DNA from: Deinococcales bacterium
GTDB lineage: Bacteria; Deinococcota; Deinococci; Deinococcales; JAAFIG01
Length of the DNA: 64,000 bases
NCBI GenBank assembly: GCA_031414595.1
Contig: JANNVX010000106.1
Location: 1 to 64,000 of the forward strand
Reading direction: 5' to 3'
In this document: positions 57,696 to 64,000 of the stretch, one piece after another
Position numbering within the stretch: position 1 is the stretch's first letter
Layout of the letters: each line of letters starts with the position of its first letter
The notes under the pieces: model-generated
Seen by the model: only the letters and a program-made list of their open reading frames with translations
What the model was told of the DNA's origin: nothing
The model's database searches: none
Translations under genes and position numbers: made by a program

Positions 57696-59267
57696 ATGAA
57701 AAAACGTTTAGGTGCAGCCGCCGCGCTGCTCGGTCTGGGCTTACTGGCTGGTGTAACTGCCCAGAATTCACGCTCGAGTACCCTGATTTATGGCGGTGAT
57801 TTCTCGGGCTTAATCACCATAGACCCCGGTATGAGTTACGAATATGCTGGTAGCCTTGTGACCAACAATTTGTACGAAACACTGGTCAAATTTGAAGGCA
57901 CAGATTTAAGCACCTTAAAACCAAGTATTGCGGTGCGTTGGGTCACAAAGGACATGGGTGATGCTTGGAAAGTCACCTTTAATTTGCGGACTCAAAAATT
58001 TGCTTCGGGCAACCCAGTGACTGCCCAAGATGTGGTTTACAGCTTTGACCGAGCGATTGCCTTAAAAGGACCCGGTTCGTTTTTATTCACCAGTGTTGCC
58101 AATATGAAAGTCGGCAGTACCAAAGCGCTTAACAAAAGCACGGTCGAAGTGACCTTGCCAAAAACCGCCAGCCCAGCCGCGTTTCTAAATTTACTAACCT
58201 TTAACATCGGGGCAATTATAGACAGCGAAATGGTAAAAACCAAGGTTGAGAATAACGATTACGGGGCAGCTTGGTTAAAACGCAATTCGGCAGGTTCAGG
58301 ACCGTTTACGCTCAACCGTTGGGATCAAAACCAAAGCGTGGTCTTGGATGCCAATAAAAACTCGAGACTGATGCCTAAGTTATCGCGTGTGATTTTGCGT
58401 GAAATGAAAGAAGCCAATACCCAAAAAATTGCTCTCGAGAGCGAAGAAATTGATATTGCCGATAATTTAACCCCTGATATGATTAAACAAAAAGCCCTAG
58501 ATGCAAAATTTAATGTCTATAAAGCCGACAGCCTAAACTTGCAATACATCGGGATGAGCGCAAGCGAAACCAGCCCATTTAAGGATGCAAGGGTACGCCA
58601 AGCGGTGCGTTATGCGCTTGACCAAGACGGAATTATCAAAAGCCTGGCGGGAGGCAACGCCAAAAAAGTCCAAACCATCATCCCAGCTGGCTTATTTGGT
58701 TTTAATCCTGCCACACCGTACAATCTTGACCTCGAGAAAGCCAAAGGATTACTGAAAGCTGCCGGTAAAGAAAGTGGTTTTGAAGTGGATATGCTGACCC
58801 CCCAAGGCGCTTGTTTGGCGGGTGTTCCTTGTGCCGATTTAGCCGCTAAAATTCAGTCGGACTTGGCTAAAATCAGCCTTAAAGTCAACATCAAACAACT
58901 GGTGGATTCGGAACTCTATCCGCTTTACCGCGCCCAGAAAGCCAATATGGTTTTAGTGGATTGGTCGCCGGATTTTCCAGATCCGGACGGCAACGCCACA
59001 CCAATGTCTGATTTTGCAGCAAAAAGCCTTGCTTGGCGCAATTCTTGGAATAATCCTACCGCCGGTAAACTCGCCCAACAAGCCGCCCTCGAGCCAAACC
59101 CAGCCAAGCGTGCTGCCTTGTACAAGCAACTGACCGAACTGCAACTCGAAGATGGTCCTTTTGCGGTTTTGTACCAACCGACCGTTTCTGTGACCCTCAA
59201 TAAAATTGTGAAAGGCTACGAGCGTAACGCCCAAAACCAAATTCGCTTTGAAAAAATCTCCAAGTAA
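57696..59267 (+). CDS. Peptide/nickel ABC substrate-binding protein (family 5)
   Basis: Signal peptide; YETLV, F.SGNPVTA.DVVYS, GSGPF, VRQA...A.D and W.PD.PDP motifs; RBS AAGGAG. Confidence 0.92.
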   Translation: MKKRLGAAAALLGLGLLAGVTAQNSRSSTLIYGGDFSGLITIDPGMSYEYAGSLVTNNLYETLVKFEGTDLSTLKPSIAVRWVTKDMGDAWKVTFNLRTQKFASGNPVTAQDVVYSFDRAIALKGPGSFLFTSVANMKVGSTKALNKSTVEVTLPKTASPAAFLNLLTFNIGAIIDSEMVKTKVENNDYGAAWLKRNSAGSGPFTLNRWDQNQSVVLDANKNSRLMPKLSRVILREMKEANTQKIALESEEIDIADNLTPDMIKQKALDAKFNVYKADSLNLQYIGMSASETSPFKDARVRQAVRYALDQDGIIKSLAGGNAKKVQTIIPAGLFGFNPATPYNLDLEKAKGLLKAAGKESGFEVDMLTPQGACLAGVPCADLAAKIQSDLAKISLKVNIKQLVDSELYPLYRAQKANMVLVDWSPDFPDPDGNATPMSDFAAKSLAWRNSWNNPTAGKLAQQAALEPNPAKRAALYKQLTELQLEDGPFAVLYQPTVSVTLNKIVKGYERNAQNQIRFEKISK

Positions 59268-59272
59268 TTCTT

Positions 59273-59309
59273 AAACTCGAGGCGAGAGTCTCTCGCCTCG
59301 AGTTTTTTT
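59273..59309 (+). terminator. Terminator with CTCGAG stem
   Basis: AAACTCGAGGCGAGA-GTC-TCTCGCCTCGAGTTTTTTT. Confidence 0.85.
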
Positions 59310-59406
59310 ATGACCGTGAAACTCGAAGTTTAAGACGAATGCCAGTTTTTCCAGTTCAAGCATTAAAACACCATTAGCAAAGCCAAAATAGAGCCTATTC
59401 AGTTGT

Positions 59407-59444
59407 TTGACATTTATTCAATTATTCAATAGAGTAATTGAATA
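59407..59444 (+). promoter_or_regulatory. Promoter with ArsR-type operator
   Basis: TTGACA at 59407; palindrome TATTCAAT-AGAGTA-ATTGAATA at 59423-59444, touching the ATG. Confidence 0.7.
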
Positions 59445-60103
59445 TGAAACATACACAAAAACGCCAGTTCAAAGAAAAGTTGTACAGCCAATTTGCTCGA
59501 GTTGGTAAAGCCCTAGCCAATAATCATCGTTTAGAACTGCTTGAATTGCTTGGGCAAGCCGAACGCAGTGTAGAAATGCTGGCTCGAGAGACCGACCTTT
59601 CGGTGGCAAACGCCAGTCAGCATCTGCAAGTGCTGTACAAGGCTGGTTTACTTCAATACCGGCGTGAAGGAACGTTTATTTTTTATCAATTAGCCGATGG
59701 CGCATTTCTGCTCTGGCAATCGCTGCGTGACCTTGCCCAAAAACAAATAGCCGAGGTTGAACACTTGGTTGCCAGCCTTGAACGCGATGACCAAGCGATT
59801 GAACTCAAGGAATTGCAACTGCTAGAAGATATTGTCCTGCTCGATGTTCGTCCAATGAATGAATATATGGCTGGACACATCCCCAAAGCGATTTCAATGC
59901 CAATCATAGAACTCGAGATGCGACTTGAGATTCTGCCTAAAGCCTTTGAAATCGTGGCGTATTGTCGTGGACCGTTTTGTGTTTTTGCCGATGAAGCGGT
60001 GGCATTGCTGCGCTCACATGGTTTTCAAGCCCGAAGATTGGCATTGGGATTACCCGACTGGCAAATGGCTGGTTATCCTGTGCAAAAAGGAGTGGGCGCA
60101 TGA
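59444..60103 (+). CDS. ArsR-family regulator fused to a rhodanese domain
   Basis: RLELLELL.Q.ERSVE.LA...SVANASQHL, then DVRP..EY..GHIP and YCRGPFC motifs. Confidence 0.93.
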   Translation: MKHTQKRQFKEKLYSQFARVGKALANNHRLELLELLGQAERSVEMLARETDLSVANASQHLQVLYKAGLLQYRREGTFIFYQLADGAFLLWQSLRDLAQKQIAEVEHLVASLERDDQAIELKELQLLEDIVLLDVRPMNEYMAGHIPKAISMPIIELEMRLEILPKAFEIVAYCRGPFCVFADEAVALLRSHGFQARRLALGLPDWQMAGYPVQKGVGA

Positions 60104-60828
60104 TTTTTCGTCAGTATTTACACGATTCGCCCGCGATTGCCGCTTCTTATTTATTGGGTTGCGGTGGTCAAACAAGTGGCGCAATCATAGACCCAATCGG
60201 CGACATCCGCCCCTACTTAGAAGATGCGGCTCGGCTCGGCTTACGGATTTTATATGTCATAGACACCCATGTTCACGCCGATCACTTATCTAGCGCGAAA
60301 GAACTCTGTCAGCAAACCCAAGCCCAATATGTGCTGCACCAAAGTGTTCAAGCCACTTACCCATTTTATGCGGCTCGAGATGGTCAGCAACTGTTATTAG
60401 GCAATGTTGTGCTTGAATTATGGCACACCCCCGGTCATACACCAGAACACTTAAGTATTTTGGTGACAGATAAAACTCGAGCCACCGAGCCTTGGATGGT
60501 TTTAACAGGTCACACCTGTATGGTCGGTGACTTAGGACGTACCGAACTTGCCAGCAGCGCCGAAGATGGCGCTCGAGCCTTGTATCAGACGCTACAACAC
60601 CTAAAAACCCTGCCTGATTACCTCGAGATTTACCCCGGGGCGTTTAGTGGCTCGGTTTGCGGACGGCGTTTATCGGGTAAGCCCTCGAGTACGATTGGTT
60701 TTGAACGGCGTTACAATAAAGCCTTTGCGATCCAAACCGAAACCGAATTTATCGCCCTGATGCTCCAAGATATTCCGCCCCGCCCCGAAGGTTTTGAACA
60801 GATTCGTGCTTCTAATCTAGGTTTATGA
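60100..60828 (+). CDS. MBL-fold persulfide dioxygenase-like protein
   Basis: SYL.GC, DTHVHADH.S, TPGHTPEH, GS.CG and STIG.E motifs. Confidence 0.85.
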   Translation: MIFRQYLHDSPAIAASYLLGCGGQTSGAIIDPIGDIRPYLEDAARLGLRILYVIDTHVHADHLSSAKELCQQTQAQYVLHQSVQATYPFYAARDGQQLLLGNVVLELWHTPGHTPEHLSILVTDKTRATEPWMVLTGHTCMVGDLGRTELASSAEDGARALYQTLQHLKTLPDYLEIYPGAFSGSVCGRRLSGKPSSTIGFERRYNKAFAIQTETEFIALMLQDIPPRPEGFEQIRASNLGL

Positions 60829-62045
60829 AAATCCAATTGGGCTTACGTGAAAATGCCGCACAATTTGGACTGCTGATGCTGGTCAACGCCATGGTTGGTG
60901 GGATGATTGGTCTTGAACGGACAGTTTTGCCTTTAATTGCCTCGGAAGAATTTGGTTTTACTTCAAATACGGTCATTGTTGGTTTTATTGTCAGTTTTGG
61001 TTTAACAAAAGCCTTGGTCAACCTCATCAGTGGTGTTTTAGCAGACCGTTTTGGACGCAAAGCACTTTTGGTCTTTGGCTGGTTTTTTGGACTCCCCGTC
61101 CCATTTATTTTAATGTTCAGTACCAACTGGAATTGGATTCTGGTTGCCAATATTTTACTGGGAATCAATCAAGGTTTTACTTGGTCGGCAGCCGTGATGA
61201 TGAAAATAGATTTGGTTGGCGCAAAAAACCGTGGTTTTGCGGTTGGACTAAACGAATTTGCAGGCTACTTAGCGGTTGGTCTAACCGCTTGGCTGACCGG
61301 ATTTCTTGCCAGTACCTACGGCTTACGCCCAATTCCTTTTATTCCGGGGGTTGTGTATGCCGTGATTGGTTTATTCCTTTCGGGTTTTTTAATTCGGGAT
61401 ACTCGAGGGCATGTGCTGCTCGAGCAACAAAACCACCAATTGCCACAAGAAAACTTGTCTTTTCGTCAAATTTTTATGCGTACCTCATGGCAAACACCAC
61501 GCTTATTTGCAGCTTGTCAAGCAGGTTTGGTCAATAACTTAAACGATGCCCTGTCTTGGGGGATTTTCCCATTGTACTTTATCCGGCAAGGCGTGTCACT
61601 CGAGAATATCGGCTTGTTAAAACTGGTTTACCCCTTGGTTTGGAGTGTGCTGCAAATACCAATGGGCGCATTGGCTGACCGCATGAATCGGCAAACCTTG
61701 ATTGCTTGGGGAATGACTGTCCAGGCGGCTGGACTTGGCTTAATAATCCTTGGTTCTGGAATGACTGTTTGGCTGATTGCCACGATTTTACTGGGTTCTG
61801 GAACAGCCATGGTATACCCCACTTTAATTACCGTGGTCAGCGACACAAGCCAATTGTTTTGGCGAGCCAGAGCCTTGGGTGTTTATAGGTTTTGGCGTGA
61901 CATGGGTTATGCAGTCGGGGCATTGCTGGCAGGTACTATCGCCGATGCGCTTGGGTTTCGGTGGGCAATTGGTTTAATTGCTTTCCTCACGCTACTTTCT
62001 GGTTTGATTGTGGTTATCAAAAATCACAACGGGAATAGCACTTAA
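60825..62045 (+). CDS. MFS transporter
   Basis: 12 TM segments; LADRFGRK, GLNEFAGY and GVYRFWRD.GY motifs. Translationally coupled to the upstream gene. Confidence 0.9.
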   Translation: MKIQLGLRENAAQFGLLMLVNAMVGGMIGLERTVLPLIASEEFGFTSNTVIVGFIVSFGLTKALVNLISGVLADRFGRKALLVFGWFFGLPVPFILMFSTNWNWILVANILLGINQGFTWSAAVMMKIDLVGAKNRGFAVGLNEFAGYLAVGLTAWLTGFLASTYGLRPIPFIPGVVYAVIGLFLSGFLIRDTRGHVLLEQQNHQLPQENLSFRQIFMRTSWQTPRLFAACQAGLVNNLNDALSWGIFPLYFIRQGVSLENIGLLKLVYPLVWSVLQIPMGALADRMNRQTLIAWGMTVQAAGLGLIILGSGMTVWLIATILLGSGTAMVYPTLITVVSDTSQLFWRARALGVYRFWRDMGYAVGALLAGTIADALGFRWAIGLIAFLTLLSGLIVVIKNHNGNST

Positions 62046-62096
62046 GTACCTCCCCGAAATGTTTTAGGTGTTTTTCCTAAAACATTTTGCGACTAA

Positions 62097-62133
62097 GCGA
62101 CCACGCCCGAAGGTGCGCGTATGTGGTCAAGAA
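62097..62133 (+). repeat. Mini-element copy E
   Basis: GCGACCACGCCCGAAGGTGCGCGTATGTGGTCAAGAA. Confidence 0.85.
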
Positions 62134-62165
62134 AAGGAGTAAGGACAGCGTATCTCACGCTGGAA

Positions 62166-62205
62166 GCGACCCAAGCCCGTCAGGTGCTGCTTTAAGGGTC
62201 AAGAA
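62166..62205 (+). repeat. Mini-element copy F
   Basis: GCGACCCAAGCCCGTCAGGTGCTGCTTTAAGGGTCAAGAA. Confidence 0.85.
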
Positions 62206-62310
62206 TGACAGAATTGACGTTTTTCTGGAAATTCTAAAATGAAAGCGTGAGATACTTAATTCTCCTCGAGTGACCCAAACCCTGATAGACTGTTTTTGGA
62301 GGATTCACCC

Positions 62311-62691
62311 ATGCCAAGAGATATTTTTGCTTCCGCTAACGCCCCAGCCGCCATTGGACCGTATTCCCAAGGGGTTCGTACCAAACTCGGGTTTATTTAC
62401 TGCTCTGGTCAAACACCGATAGACCCCGCTACAGGCGAACTTGTGGCTGGTGGAATAACCGAACAAACCGAACAAGTTTTTAAGAACATTGTAGCGGTAC
62501 TTGCTGCCACAGATAAAACCTTAGATGATGTTTTTAAGTGCAATGTTTATTTATCGGATATGGCAAATTTTAGCGCGATGAACGCAGTTTACGGCACTAA
62601 ATTTGTTGCCCCGTACCCCGCCCGTACCACCATTGCAGTGCGTGAATTGCCAAAGTCTTGTTTGGTCGAAATCGAAGTGATTGCCGAATAA
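62311..62691 (+). CDS. ridA: RidA/YjgF enamine-imine deaminase
   Basis: APAAIGPYSQG, SGQ, MNAVY, PART and VEIE motifs; RBS GGAGG. Confidence 0.92.
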   Translation: MPRDIFASANAPAAIGPYSQGVRTKLGFIYCSGQTPIDPATGELVAGGITEQTEQVFKNIVAVLAATDKTLDDVFKCNVYLSDMANFSAMNAVYGTKFVAPYPARTTIAVRELPKSCLVEIEVIAE

Positions 62692-62731
62692 AACCCATGC
62701 GGGTAGATTTACGGCGTTTACCAGTATTTAA

Positions 62732-62783
62732 CCTCGAGAAACAAGGTCGTGATGATTTTGCCATTACCTTGTTTGGCTCGAGG
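62732..62783. other. Intergenic hairpin closed by two CTCGAG
   Basis: CCTCGAG-AAACAAGGT ... ACCTTGTTT-GG-CTCGAGG. Confidence 0.55.
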
Positions 62784-62907
62784 ACATATCGCTTTTCAAA
62801 TTAACAGTAAAACAAACCATAAAAATAAAATACAGGATTAAGCATGTACTCGTTCCCAAGCGGCACAAGTTTTGACCCACTCATCTTTTTAGGCTATCCT
62901 CGTTTAT

Positions 62908-63570
62908 ATGCGCGAGAAACTGACATCCCAAGCCGAAGATTACTTGAAAGCACTTCATACTTTCGAGCAGGCAGGTAAGGTCAGCACCCAAGTTCTGGCT
63001 GACCACCTTGGGGTTGCGCCTGCCAGTGTCACCCAAATGCTTAAAAAATTAACCGAAATGGCACTTGTCACCCATGCACCGTACCAAGGCGCGACCCTGA
63101 CCGATGCTGGACGCAAAATTGCACTGGAACTGATTCGCCATCATCGTTTACTCGAGACCTATTTGCATCAAGCCCTTGGCTACGCCCTGGAAGATGTTCA
63201 TGATGAAGCCGAAAAACTCGAGCATCATATTTCTGAGGACTTTGAAGCCCGAATTAATGCGGTCTTGGGCAATCCCACCCACGACCCACATGGTTCTCCG
63301 ATTCCGCGCTTAGATGGTAGCTTACCGCCATATGCAACAAGGGCTTTATCGGATGTAAGGGTTGGTGAAGCGGCTCGGATTGGCAGAGTCAGCGAAACCG
63401 ACCCTGATTTTTTGCGCTTGGTGGTTCAACTGGGTTTGATTCCTGGTGCAGAATTAAAAGTGCTTGAAGTCAACTTGGCGGCTGGCACAATCACGCTTAA
63501 ACTCGAGTCGGACACCCATATTCTTGGCTTAGACGCAGCCAAGCGCCTTTGGGTGGATAATTTTAGTTAA
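62908..63570 (+). CDS. DtxR/MntR-family metalloregulator with FeoA domain
   Basis: EDYLK, ASVT.MLKKL, RHHRLLE.YL, HDEAEKLEH and DPHG.PIP motifs. Confidence 0.94.
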   Translation: MREKLTSQAEDYLKALHTFEQAGKVSTQVLADHLGVAPASVTQMLKKLTEMALVTHAPYQGATLTDAGRKIALELIRHHRLLETYLHQALGYALEDVHDEAEKLEHHISEDFEARINAVLGNPTHDPHGSPIPRLDGSLPPYATRALSDVRVGEAARIGRVSETDPDFLRLVVQLGLIPGAELKVLEVNLAAGTITLKLESDTHILGLDAAKRLWVDNFS

Positions 63571-64000
63571 AGCCTAAATGTTTTAGAACAACAGCTAAGT
63601 CATCTGGTTTGTCCACATCAAAGCCAATTTCTGCATACTCGGTCATCAAGGCTTGAGCAGGTACACCCAGAATTCTCGAGACGGTATTTTCAAGTTCGGT
63701 TTTACGCAGTTGCCCAATCAGTAGTTTCAGCAGCGCCCCAATACCAAACATACCCGCCAATCGAATCACATTTTTGCGGTGTCTAAGAACATATTCAAGC
63801 CGTGGCAAAAAGGCATCTATCAAGTGTGGCTCGAGTAAAAATAAATTCCCACCTGTAAAAGTCCCCTCCCTTAAACGGGCATAGGTGCGTTTACCTCCGG
63901 GGAAAGCCCGTTCAGCTGCGACTTTAGACACCACAGGATAGACCAAGCCAACACCAGCGTCTTTTTGCAAAATGTCCTGCACTGCGGCTTGACTAAGAAG
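63563..64000 (-). CDS. Nucleotidyltransferase (MobA/GT-A-like) family protein, 5' end outside the window
   Basis: The frame is open to the window edge; RTY..L.EG.FTGGNL and GFDVDKP.DL motifs. Confidence 0.65.
   Translation of the reverse strand, partial: LLSQAAVQDILQKDAGVGLVYPVVSKVAAERAFPGGKRTYARLREGTFTGGNLFLLEPHLIDAFLPRLEYVLRHRKNVIRLAGMFGIGALLKLLIGQLRKTELENTVSRILGVPAQALMTEYAEIGFDVDKPDDLAVVLKHLGFN

Noticed and set aside
62097-62205. Two roughly 37-nt repeats separated by 32 nt as a mini-CRISPR
   Set aside because: The sizes are CRISPR-like, but the two copies differ substantially inside. The same family occurs singly and nested elsewhere, and no leader or cas genes are present.
1-64000. CTCGAG density as a cloning or assembly artefact (XhoI-ligated fragments)
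   Set aside because: The sites sit inside intact, full-length conserved ORFs in all frames without breaking them.
1-64000. rRNA, tRNA, prophage, integrase or transposase genes
   Set aside because: None were recognised. Almost all sequence is accounted for by other CDSs, and the intergenic gaps lack tRNA-like patterns by eye.

Overview
A gene-dense 64 kb stretch of bacterial chromosome with about 61 protein-coding genes. It is most likely from Deinococcota (Deinococcales-like), judged from S16, TopA and the general gene complement plus pervasive -10 boxes directly upstream of start codons. GC is unusually low for that group (high 40s % by eye). Housekeeping genes include holA, nusB, folD, hemW, rpsP, topA, a cyclophilin, an rmlA-like nucleotidyltransferase and ridA. 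Accessory units include a TetR-MFS-DUF418 operon, a metal ATPase-CopC-DsbB/DsbA operon, an ArsR/rhodanese sulfur operon, an RpiR-NSAR-peptide SBP unit, a STAND regulator, an ADC/FAD-oxidoreductase fusion and a 7TM-DISM diguanylate cyclase. There is one TPP riboswitch. I saw no rRNA, tRNA, CRISPR array, transposase or phage gene. The most striking signals are non-genic. (1) The palindrome CTCGAG is massively over-iterated (about 34 copies counted by eye in the first 5 kb, versus about 1 expected), in all reading frames and in terminator stems, like cyanobacterial HIP1. (2) A 37-40 nt structured dispersed element, GCGACC...GGTCAAGAA, occurs six times with compensatory base changes and sits in the loops of GTAG-REP hairpins and in itself. 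(3) Four genes have short tandem duplications spanning their stop codons. Protein-level oddities include a sigma-70 region-4-like domain at the end of TopA, a DhaL-like protein with a Gly/Gln insert, and a TPR protein fused to a catalytically dead CPBP domain. All calls come from reading motifs by eye; no searches were run.
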